From: Podarcis liolepis
Lineage: Eukaryota
Length of the DNA: 64,000 nucleotides
Reading direction: 5' to 3' (one strand)
NCBI GenBank assembly: GCA_965112155.1
Contig: OZ218105.1
Position 1 is the stretch's first letter. Every line of letters begins with the position of its first letter. The position numbers and the translations under genes are program-made. Under the pieces are notes generated by a model. That model was not told the DNA's origin. It did not search any database and saw nothing but the letters and a program-made list of their open reading frames with translations. Below are positions 37,350-48,818 of the stretch, piece after piece.

Positions 37350-37600
37350 AGATGATGATGATGATGAAGATGATGTTTTATATGCTGCCCATCTGACTGG
37401 GTTACCCCAGCCACTCAGGACAGCTCCCCACAAGAATTTAAGAACACAATAAAGCATCAAACATTAAAAGCTGCCTTCAGATATCTTCTAAAAGTCAGAT
37501 AGTTGTTTATTTCCTTGACATCTGATGGGAAGGTGTTCTACAGAGCAGGCACCACTACCAAGAAATCCTTCTGCCTAGTTCCCTGTAACTTCACTTCTCA
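37350..37600 (-). mobile_element. L2 LINE 3' fragment with (GAT)n tail
   Basis: Homologous to the 33868 copy. Confidence 0.88.
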
Positions 37601-38824
37601 TACCACAGTCTTGATAACTTCCTGGTTTTTTCTCTGCCTCATACTGTAAAAACAGAGGGCTGTATTGATTACCTAGCAAGTGAGAATACATAGCTGGTGG
37701 GTCCTGTTTACACAAATCTGATTTAATCCTGCCTGTATGCTTTGAATGCTCTAAACTGACGGTGGGACAGGAAACTGGGATAGGTTGTGCTTCTTCCTAT
37801 GTTCCTTTAGAATGGGGACATTGGAAGCTGCCGTATTTTGAGTCAGACCATTGGTTCATCACACCAGGGGCAGCTGTATAAGCTGGGGTGGGGTGGGGAT
37901 CCAGAGCTTTCTGGAAACCTGATAGCAAGCTCTTTTGAACCCAATGGGACTTTTTCCTGCAGATTATGCTGTTGGCCTTTGTTTCTTCCTCAGGAGGTTG
38001 GACTAGGTAGCCCTCATGTGTTCCTTCAAGCTTTGTGATTCTATAATGCCATACAAGCATCTATTCCCTGTGAAAATGGAAGTGGCCTGTTTAAATTTTC
38101 AAAGAAATACATGTCCAATAAATCTGAATGCAGGAAGATTTTATGACCCAAGAAGGTATTAGTGGGAGCGGGGGGTTGGGGTGGAGAGGGGCTCCTCGAG
38201 AGGAAATCGCCATTAGTAGCTCCCTGTCAGACGCATCCTAGTCTATGAAGTTTTCTCGACTTGAAGCTGGTTATCTCACAAATCTGTGCAAAGCTCTGGT
38301 GAATAATTTATACCCGGCTTGAGGTGACAAGTTAAACACGCCCATTTTGTCGAAGATGCTATGAAGGCATCAAGATGGAGCCATGCTTCAGGGGGAGTGG
38401 GGCCAGGCTGATGGGAATCTGAGCGTGTCGGCGAGAGCGGAGGGGGGGGTGCGAAGCTGCTGTAAAGAAAATGAAATGTAATGAGATCTTCTTTCATGCA
38501 TAATTCATGAGTGATAACATGACTGCATAAAAAGGCCTGGATTTTAACAAGGCAGACCCGCAATCACACACATTATCTTCCCAGAGGAACATTCTATATT
38601 ATTGGCCGAAAAGAGAAGATTTTCAATACATGTAGAAAATAAAATAATAAAAAAGTTGACTTTCTTTCTTTCTTTTGCACCCCCCCCAGTGCTGGACATT
38701 TTTACTCTAACACAAAATAGCCATAAAAGAGGGTGTTTTGATTTGCAGCTGGCAGATGATGTTGAGCAGGATTTTGCTTGGAAACATTTGCTTCCCTCTC
38801 AGATCCAATATAGAATATGTATAT

Positions 38825-38825
<1 letters not shown>

Positions 38826-38872
<47 letters not shown>
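38826..38872. repeat. (GA)n microsatellite
   Basis: Direct inspection. Confidence 0.98.
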
Positions 38873-38878
<6 letters not shown>

Positions 38879-39143
38879 GTCTATGGCTTGTAAAACAGTC
38901 CTGCGCAGAGTGGGATGGGCATCGGTTAAATTTCACATGGAAACTTCTACCCAGCCGCCCTCTCCCTCAAGAAGCCAAAAACTTTTCATGGGAAAGACCG
39001 CCTTGTAAAGGAGCTTTGCAAAGGATAAAATGTTCATGATTGTTGCCATAACGTTTTGTTTGGTTGCATTTGCAAAACCCAAATGCTGCAATTCAGCTTG
39101 GCGAGTTCCGTTTTACTGACTGCTCCGACATGAATGCCTGAAA

Positions 39144-39145
39144 TT

Positions 39146-39213
<68 letters not shown>

Positions 39214-39214
39214 T
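39144..39214. repeat. (TTTC)n microsatellite
   Basis: Direct inspection. Confidence 0.98.
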
Positions 39215-40135
39215 TGAAGCTTATTGATTAAAGCCTGAAATGGCCTCGCTTTTCTTGCAACAAAATCCTAATGCTAGTTTCAGCTGGAAGGAAGCTTGGG
39301 TGGATTGTTTGTTCACTTAGTAAGGACCTATGGCAAAAAGCGGGGGGGGGGGGGCGGATAGAAATAAAAAAGGGCGGGGGCAGAAGCATCAGCTCAAGGA
39401 GACGGTTAAGTTATTTGTTCAGCTCACACTGCATAATTTCAATATTTGTAAAGAAAGTAAAACAACTAGACTACAGCCGGTTACATTTTTATAGCCCTGA
39501 CAGTTAAGCTCAAGAAGAACACATTATGGATTCAATGTGATTGATGCTTCAAAGTGTTCCACCTTCTCATGGTGGCGTTTTCGTTTTTCTTCTGGTCTGA
39601 GCTGCGCAGTTAATGCAGTAGAGAAACACTACCTGCCCCCACCCCTGCAAAAAAGAAAAAAAGGGGGGGGGAAGAGGCAGGTAGAATCAGTATCATTGCT
39701 AAACAATCTCATCCATTTTAAATCAAAATGATGCTAGTATGAAGCCCTGTTTCGTGGCAGTTCCCGGTTCCTTGAGGTTTTGACAGCTTTAATAAATAAA
39801 TAAATAGATACACAGGGATTCATTCCCCCCCTTTCTCCCCCCTTTCTCTTTTTTTTAAAGGAGCAGGGCAATAATTTCATATCTGATTATGGAATTTTCA
39901 TCCTTTTGCAGCTCTCACGGCGGTGCAAGGAGGGAGAAGAGGACAACATGATACTCTGACTCCCTCCCACCTCTGCTTTTATAGCACCGGTAGTGGAATT
40001 GTGTTTTCGCCTCTGATTCCTCACTGCGCCATCTTTTTCTGAAAAGGCTCTCTTCTTAAAGTTGCATACTGTCTGTGTTGCTCCTGTGGTGTGTTTTCCC
40101 CCCTTTAAATGTTTGTCTTAATGTCCTTCTCGCAG

Positions 40136-40138
40136 AAG
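40136..40138 (+). other. Candidate 3-nt microexon (AAG, GC donor)
   Basis: 72-nt AG-free U/C-rich tract, CTTAAT branch-like motif, CTTCTCGCAG|AAG|GCAGGT, three TGCATG downstream. Confidence 0.35.
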
Positions 40139-40319
40139 GCAGGTGCTCCTTTGCAGTACATCGTTTCCCATCCATCCACCCCCTTCTTCTTCCTTCCAGC
40201 TACCTAGCCCAGCTTTTAAAGACGCATAGGCAGAGATTTGTCTCACAGCCCAGCCAGGGTGAAATCTGATTATCGCTTAGGTTTAATCCTGGGCCGACCT
40301 GTCTCACTTGCCTATCCTC

Positions 40320-40405
40320 TGCATGGGATGTTTTGGTGCTTGAGTTCATCTTAAGACTTTGAATAGCTAATTGCATGCCTATGTGCATAAATATACGTCT
40401 GCATG
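40320..40405 (+). promoter_or_regulatory. Cluster of three TGCATG (RBFOX-type) elements
   Basis: TGCATG at 40320, 40372 and 40400. Confidence 0.45.
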
Positions 40406-41006
40406 TACAACGACATGCAGTAAGATTCTTTGGGTCTCATAAATCCAGATGAGGAAGTCTGCAGCGAATGTCTTCCTTGAAAGAAAGAAATTGCCAAAGG
40501 GAAATTATTTCCAAGTGTCCTCTCTGTGTCTTCATTTACTTTTCAGGTTATGTTCCCGCATTCAGATTCTCCCCCCACCCCACCCCTACCCGACATTGAC
40601 TCGCAGACACTGATTCTATTCTATATTGTTTAGCCTCACTCGGAAAGAGCCATTTCCAGACATGGCGAAGATTTGTTTGCTTATAAGACTGTGTTCTCCT
40701 GACAGCCATGCTGGCTGAATCGCTTTCTGAATGCTTTAACATACATAAAAATGCAAAGCGCCTGAAACAGGAGTCGAATAGTAACATTATTAAAATACCC
40801 TCTAGGGGTCATGTGATGCAGGATTGCCACAGTTAGCAGAATATGGTTGATCTAAGCTATCAGTCAGGGTTAGGAGGTTGGCTTTGTTTTTTTCAAAAGA
40901 ATCTCCCATCCACCCCTGCCATGCTTGATAATAAGATACTGTGAGATGTTTAGGGGCAGGGTGTTTTTAATTGAAAGCCAGGATGCAAATTGCAGAGGTT
41001 CAACAG

Positions 41007-41041
<35 letters not shown>

Positions 41042-41340
41042 CCAAAGATGCAAATATTAGTGCAACTCAAGTTACATTTCAAAAATAGATATTGAAAACT
41101 AGCTCCCAACCTCGGTAGCTTCTGCCTAAATGATTGTTATTCTCGTAGGCAACCATTTTGGAAAAGCAACCCAGGAAGGTGGTGTCCCAAGAAAATGCAC
41201 TATATACATTTTCTCTGCACACAAACACATAAAAATGATGTTCCTTCATAGTGAGTCCATTGTTTATCCCTGTATTGTTAAATGCTTACAGAGGCACATA
41301 CACCCTTAAGTAAAATATGTGTTACTGCCATATCATCATC

Positions 41341-41341
41341 G

Positions 41342-41397
<56 letters not shown>

Positions 41398-41398
41398 A
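41341..41398. repeat. (GTT)n microsatellite
   Basis: Direct inspection. Confidence 0.98.
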
Positions 41399-43284
41399 TA
41401 TAACCACCCATCTTTAAGGGCTGAAGCCATATTTGGAGGAAGTCTTGGTGGCATTTCCCTCAAACTGGCCACTGCTCTGGAAGCTGCAGCTCAAGAGGAT
41501 CCCATTTGATGAGCATCTATCTAGCCTGAAGACGCAGTTGCTTTCCTGGCCTGAGAACTGTGGCCCAGAAGTCTCAGAGGAATAATCAGTCTCCCCTAAA
41601 CCATTGGAGTCAACTGGTGTTGAAGCAGGCAAGGCTGGACAAGCTTCTCTCACCAGAGGCAGAGCTAGCCACGCAGATAGAGCTGCAGAGGTATTTGAAG
41701 CTTAGACCAAATTTATCTGTTCCTGAAGCAACATCATTTGAGGCTGCTCAGAAGACTCTCCAGCCGGAGCTTCACATGGAGCTATCCAGGGTGCTGTCTT
41801 GTTTTGCTGGGATTTTGCCTCACTGAAACCTGACTTCTACTTTGTCTTCTCAGAACCTGGACCTTGCCTTACTTGATGCTGTATTACTGGAGCTTAGCCT
41901 AGGACTTGATTGACTTTGCCTTACTTCCTATACCTGCTCTGGCAGCACCCCTTCCTGCTCAGGCTATATGTCAATATGGCTGAGTTACTTTCATAATATA
42001 AAACCAGATCTTGTTGAGCCGCGGAATAATTTAGTAATGCCTTCTCCCATACAGACCTGCTTGTATGTTGAGATCTATAGGGGAGGCTGTCCTGGTGATG
42101 GCCTAATTTTGGAATTCCCTCCCGACTGAAATACAGGTGGTGCATTTCCTGATCAGCTTCAGACACCGGCTGAGGACAGAAGGCAGGAAGACCAACACTA
42201 GGTGGAGCCAAAGCTAATGATGGGCAGAATGACCTTCTGACTGGTTGTAGGAAACAAGGGAAGGAGGTGGGTGTTGGTGGGGCAGACTGAGGTTGGTGGG
42301 GGCTAATTTGTATGTGTGAGGTAGTCCCAGGTTCAGTCCCAAGCACCTTCAATAAAAGGAACCCAGTCAGCATGATAGGAAATTACTTCTGCCTGAGGTT
42401 AAGTTACCATCAGCCATGGTAAATGGTGGTGGCCTAGATGGATCAGTGTGTTGGCGCTGCATAAAGAGTTTTATATATTGGTCATATGTACAAGAAGAAA
42501 TGTCACGTATGAGGTTTGTGTTCATCTGGTATTATATAAACACTGGAATAAATTGCACAGTATTCAATGGCAGGATTCCTAGAATGGAATGGAATGAAAT
42601 GAAATACATCTTGGGCAGGGGGATCTCTGAAATGTGATATTATGCTATATTTTATGGGGGTGATAGGAGTTGTCTGAGTAATGTGCTTATAAAACGAGGC
42701 TGTTGTACACCAGCAGTTCAGCAAGAAAGATGGAAAGAGAGATCAGGGAGTTAAATCCCTCAAGCAAAACTTTAAACTGTCTTTCCTTTTCAAAGGCGAT
42801 CATAGGAACTTAGGGAAGGTAGAAGCTAGAATTGCAAAATGAAATGTTTACTTATGAAGCAGCACACATACACAGGGAGAAACTTTAATTACAGTAATTA
42901 AATATGGTGAATTATTTAACTTTTGTGAATCTCCAAATCTCACTCGCAACTGTTGAAGGGGTTTTTTTTGGGGGGGGGGTCCTGTTCTGAATTCAAGCAT
43001 TACTTGGGGGACTTCATTTGAGACATATGAAATGAAACATTTTTATTTTTACAAAGAGGCCTTCTCAAAATTATCCTCCATCCACAAGAGCTGATGGAAA
43101 AACCAAATGCCTACAACAAAACAAATGGTTTGCACGGGGTTTCCATTACAATTAACTGAAATCCACCTTGCAGGAGTATGTTGCAGCTGAGCAAGTCAGG
43201 TTATTTTATCTTCATTTGCAACCCATGAGCACATTGATATTGGTGATCTCCATCTCCCAAGCCTATTACACATGTAATGATCCT

Positions 43285-43465
43285 CAGAGACAGTGTGCAT
43301 GTTGAATTTTAACTGGGGAGATCAGGAGCCAAACCTCCACTCAGCTATGAAGCTCATGGGGTGGTGTTGGACCAGTCACTATCCTACCTCACAAGGTTGT
43401 GTTATGAAGATAAAATGGGAAACCTGATATCCACGTAATCCTGAGCTCAGTGGAGCAAAGGATGG
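43285..43465 (+). mobile_element. MIR/CORE-like SINE, degraded
   Basis: CCACTCAGCTATGAAGC and CTACCTCACAAGGTTGT shared with the 27826 copy. Confidence 0.7.
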
Positions 43466-43544
43466 CACATGACTTGAAAATCAAACTGAGCAAACATTCA
43501 GCACCATGTTTTAGGATGTATCAATTATCACTCTTGATAATTAT

Positions 43545-44135
43545 TGTTGGGAGGGGTGGGCTGTTAGGCTGTATGCCTGAGTCCCTTCTAAACCCTGGAT
43601 CTAGCAAGGATTCAGTTCTTGGAATAGCCAGGCCAAGTTCTTGGTAACAGCCCTAAGTGTCGGTTGTTAGAGTAACAAAGGAAGGGGCTCTGTGCCTCAG
43701 GGCAATGGGTGCCCCTGCTCCTCCCTCAACTGTCAGGAGCTTGTCCTACACTCAAGTAGGACCTTGGTAGAGACACATGCCTGACTGGCATGTTCCCTCC
43801 CTCCTGGTCGATCGTTCAGGAGCTTCAAAAGCTTTCTTTTGCCCAAACATCACAGCCACTGATGCCAACAGACATCGGCACACTTAGGGATCCGCAGAGT
43901 CTTCGCAGCTTGCATAACAGACCTCAGCAACTCAGCATTTGGGCTAATATATTTACATATAAACACACACAGAGCACTGCAACATGGCTCCCTCTCTCTC
44001 TAGCATCAGAAAGCAAAGAGAAAAAGGACAAAGGACAATAGTCCCACTTCATGGAACACAGTAACACAAACATCCTATCTTCGTCACTTCCCACTCTGTG
44101 GAGTCAAAACCTACACCATCATGTGATAGACAACA
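43545..44135. mobile_element. Possible solo LTR or unclassified repeat
   Basis: TGTT...AACA boundaries and GC-richer composition, no TSD resolved. Confidence 0.25.
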
Positions 44136-44303
44136 ATCCTATGACTGCAATCACGGAGCAGAAATTCTAACAGTTAGAAAGACAAAAGTCAGAGTTGTGT
44201 GTGCAAGAGCTTGAAGCAGGCAGCAGGCTGAAGCCTATGAAAAAGAGACATGCTTTATTTCTGTTTGAATCCAAGGCTGTGGCTATGGGAGAAGCAAGAA
44301 CTA

Positions 44304-44392
44304 TTTGTTGTTTAGTCGTGTCCAACTCTTCGTGACCCCATGGACCAGAGCACACCAGGCACTCCTGTCTTCCACTGCCTCCCGCAGTTTGG
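44304..44392 (-). mobile_element. BovB (RTE) LINE extreme 3' fragment
   Basis: Reverse complement of 59525-59612. Confidence 0.92.
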
Positions 44393-44571
44393 GGGTATTA
44401 ATCCTTTGAGCCTCTCAGTTGTAGGCTCAGATTGTATAAGTGCAAATAAACCATATATTCTAAAGATACCACAGTCTTCGCTGCCCCTCATTCTGAGGAA
44501 ACCAAATCCCGAGTAAGTGCCTGGAACCCCCGGAATTTTGCACCCCTCGGAGATGGGGATTGCATGCAACA
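44393..44571 (+). mobile_element. Probable LTR 3' portion (R/U5-like)
   Basis: AATAAA followed about 115 nt later by a ...GCAACA terminus, CpG-containing. Confidence 0.45.
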
Positions 44572-44675
44572 AAATGGTCTGCTTGAAGATGAAGATAATA
44601 TAACAGGGAAGTTTTGAATGTTTGTCTAAGATATAAATACAGAAGATGTGAATACCTAAAACATTATTGTGTTCA

Positions 44676-45106
44676 GGGATAATTGGGGCGGGGAGGGATA
44701 GAGATATGCAAATCTCAATTTTGGTTCCTCCCAGTTTCTCATTTCCCCCAATCTTAAACTTAGTTCTTCACATTTCCACATCAGTTTGCATTTCCCCCCT
44801 AAAAAAAATTTTCATGAAAAGTCACCAGTATTTTAATATTAATATTTTGTACATATTTTTGCAAGGAATTTCCCCATCACACAATGAATTTCTGTATATT
44901 AGTTCCACTAATATATGCATATTTGTGCACACTTCACCACTGTATATGCATTTGCGTACACAATACTTTGTTAGAGGACTGAATTTCAAAATTCAGCGAT
45001 GTATGAATTTTGACAGATGGATGTGTTTCAGATCATGCATTGTTTCAGAGAGTGTAAATCAGGTACGTTCGCCTTTAAATGTAAAGTGAATCATCTCTCA
45101 TCTGTA
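44676..45106 (-). mobile_element. Old unclassified interspersed repeat (putative non-autonomous DNA transposon)
   Basis: Reverse-complement similarity to 54187-54560 and 8350-8520. Confidence 0.6.
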
Positions 45107-46091
45107 GTGGCCAGTTTTCAGGTTACCACCCTGTGATGTTCTGTAGGATGCCATGAGTACAATTTCCCCAAGTGATCTAAGCAATATCACTACTGCCAGG
45201 GAGAACTGAGTTTGCAGGACAAAAAAATTCTGTCTTCTTCCCTACCTTCCAAATTCTCTGCAAAAATCACACAAGGCACACCCAATGCAACCACTGAGTG
45301 AGGTACCATTTTGTTATTCAACTCAATGTTGCTCATTTGGATGACAAGGAGTGCGTTTCCCCAACATTTTCAGCACATCACCTGCTTTTTACCTCTTTGA
45401 GCATTGTCAAATGCAAAGGAATTTCAGTAGTTGAGGGTTTAGCTCATGTTAAGATAGACTGTAATGTGTGGGCTTTTTGGGGGGGGTAGGCACAGCGAAA
45501 GGAAAGAGTAACATTTGCTTCAATGGCAATGCAATCGGAACAGTTCACATGTATAAAAACAGGGAGGGGGTCATTAACTGTGAAGAGCTTAAGCAGCTTA
45601 AAGGATGACTGATCCACAGTGTTTGGTATTGTGACACTAGATTGGATTCTAACAGTGCAGTTGATCTGGTAACATATGAGCACCTTGATCGTTCACAACA
45701 CCAAATAAACCAATTTTCTCCATTCCCAACTTTCAGAGATTCTGGTGCTTGGACCTGAACTCAAGAACTGGAATCTGAGGGGCATTCAGAAACAGGAAAT
45801 ACTGTGTACGTTTTCCTGATTATCATGCTAGCACTTCTGTCCCTTTTTCTAAAGTTCCTTTCAAACTGCAGTATCTGTTGTGTTATGAAACTGAGGCTTT
45901 TTGACCAATATACCAGCGTGTCATGCCTAGTGAGTGTGGTGGGACACAACAACAAATGCCATTGGACAATGTTGTCCACACTTTCTGTTCTCCTGTGACT
46001 CCCCCATGAAAACAGCAGGAAAGAACTTGTTGCCAGCATACCATTCCAGATTTCATCTATACCCTTCCCCCAAAAAAATTATTTTCTGGAT

Positions 46092-46318
46092 TAGAATCAT
46101 AGAATCATAGAGTTGGAAGAGACCACAAGGGCCATCGAGTCCAACCCCCTGCCAAGCAGGAAACACCATCAGAGCACTCCTGACATATGGTTGTCAAGCC
46201 TCTGCTTAAAGACCTCCAAAGAAGGAGACTCCACCACACTCCTTGGCAGCAAATTCCACTGTCGAACAGCTCTTACTGTCAGGAAGTTCTTCCTAATGTT
46301 TAGGTGGAATCTTCTTTC
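46092..46318 (-). mobile_element. CR1 LINE 3' fragment (young)
   Basis: Near-identical reverse complement of 5975-6198, (CATAGAAT)n tail. Confidence 0.97.
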
Positions 46319-48440
46319 AGTGGTTGAGGGGCTGCAAATGGATTTTTTTAATGGAATCAAATAACACAGAAAAGACCCCTAAACACGGGGGCTATATCAC
46401 ATTAGTTTTCCAGAAGTGGCTTTTATATCATATGAAAGGTCAAATATAATTCAGGAATCAGCAGTAAAGAAATGTCAGGGAAACAGAATAAACAGTCATG
46501 TGAATGTAGCCAACACTCAGAACTGCATGTGATGCACCTCAGAACTTTCTTCAAGCACGGAAAAGATTAAAGTGTGCTTGTTAAGTTGTGGGCGAACATA
46601 GCAGATGACACAGTGATTTCTCCAGAAGACCTCTTTATTGTAAGCTGGACAGAACTGAACTGCAAACAGCTCAGCCGGCCTGTTTTTATAGGCAGCCGGC
46701 TATCAACATTGTAGCAGCAACAACCCAGGGTTTCCTGCCTAAAATAACTGACATGGACCTGAGTGAAAACTATCTACACTATCCCCCTACTGGCCCAGGG
46801 TGAGAACTTTAGTACATAACAGTGCTGATACACATTTCCCTGTGCCCCAGAATTCTCTGAGTGATGCAGAGGCAAAAAGGACACCCAAAATGTCCTTGCT
46901 GTGTTTTTTCTGCATGGCTCCTCTGTTGCCTTCATTACTGCACAGGGAAGGTGTGTCTGATGAGTGGGCACACATGGGAATGGGAGAGGGTGGCAGAGAT
47001 GGCAGAAAAGAATCTGGCTCATATTTTAATCTAAGACAGAGGTTCTTAACCTTTTTGGGATCATGGATCCATTTTAGAATTATGTGAAAGATAAAGACCC
47101 TCCTCCCCTGAAAAATGCATCTAAACACACACACACACAAGCACCATTTTCCATACAATCTATTTTATTGCATTGGTTCATGGACACCTGAATGCAATTT
47201 AGGTGGAACAACCCTGAATGTAGCCATTCAGGCACTGAAAAAGTACTTAACCAGGACTACTAACCCCACTTACCTGGAAATAAGCCCACATTCCAGTCTG
47301 GGCAACCTTCTATGGGTGATATGACAGTGGTTGGTGGGGCCAGAGACAAAGCCAGTACATTGAATGTAAAATTTACATTTGTACAGAAAGCTAGTTTTCA
47401 TACATAAACACACACACCTTTATCCTACATCCAGAAAAGCAGTATGTTTATTTCAGGGTTCAAAGATGTAAAAACCCTTGGAGTGCAAAGCACAGCCTTG
47501 GGAAAATTATGGGGGCCAGAGAGTAACAAGCTACTATGCCTGGTTTATGGGAGCCCTTTTTAGATTTTAAAATGGAAGTAGTAAGACTATTGGTCTTTCT
47601 TGGAGAAGGAATGTGTGATAATCTAGATTAAGAATTTACCTATGATAAATCACTAGCCAAGGGTGAAATGAATTCTCCTTTCAAAAAAAAATTCCTAGAA
47701 CACATATAACTGTATTGTCTCCTTCACCAGCAGACCAAGATACTGGAATCTATAATTAGAAGGATTTTATTTTAACCTGAGAGGCCGGAGGGGGGGGGAG
47801 AGAATTATTTTTTTGTTAATTATTTCCTGGGCTAAAAAGTCTGCTGTGCTGACACAGGAATATTAGAATAATCTATTTGAATGCCAGGATTTTAATTCAT
47901 GCATAAAGAGTGTACACATATTTTCCAGATATTGTTGGATAATTCACTTTACTCCAGAGAATGCAGTGTCCCATTGTCCCTTATCTCAACTTATCTCTTT
48001 GACCAAGATACCACAAAGAAAAAAAAAATCCAATCACAAACATGGTGCGATATCAATGTAAATGACAAAAGGTACAATGCTGACTTATACTAAAAATATA
48101 TAATTCCCCCCAAAGGGGGAAAGTAATACAACTGTGTGAAAATCCTTCCTTTCTCTCTTCCTCTCTTTCTCTCTTTCCTTCTGCTAAGGAAATAATAGTG
48201 AGGACCTGTAGAGTGGGATCCAAAATTGTATAGGAAGGCATTCCCCCAGACAATAGGGTTTCTCATATCCTCTCATTGTAGATCTTTGCCATTCCCAAAT
48301 GTCACTCTTGAGAGTCAAGGGACCCTCAGGATAGGCTTGAGATGTGGCACTGGGGCCAAATTCTTATCTCTTACTCTAGCTCCTCACACCCACCTCTCAT
48401 CCTAAAGAGAAGGTTTTGATGATTCAAGTGTCTGCACTAA

Positions 48441-48818
48441 GGACATGGGTGGTGCTGTGGTCTAAACTACTCAGCCTCTTGGGTTTGCTAATCAGAAGGT
48501 CTGCAGTTTGAATCCCCGTGACGGGGTGAGCTCCTGTTGCTCTGTCCCAGCTCCTGCCAGCCTAGCAGTTCAAAAGCACACCAGTGTAAGTAGATAAATA
48601 GGTACCACCGTGGTGGAAAGGTAAACGGCGTTTCCATGTGCTCTGGTTTTCGTCACGGTGTTCCGTTGCGCCAGTAGCGGTTTAGTTATGCTGGCCATAT
48701 GACTCGGAAAGCTGTCTGCGGACAAACGCCGACTCCCTTGGCCTGAAAGCGAGATGAGCGCCACACCCCATAGTTTCCTTTGACTGGACTTAACCATCCA
48801 GGGGTCCTTTACCTTTAC
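48441..48818 (+). mobile_element. Sauria SINE, full length
   Basis: Colinear with the 28280 copy, CCTTTACCTTTAC tail. Confidence 0.92.

Noticed and set aside
40136-40138. Identification as the NCAM1 AAG exon
   Set aside because: No FN3-coding exons or MSD exons are visible in the window, so the gene assignment is unsupported.
38602-41509. Poly-ER, poly-L and poly-N ORFs
   Set aside because: They are translations of microsatellites.
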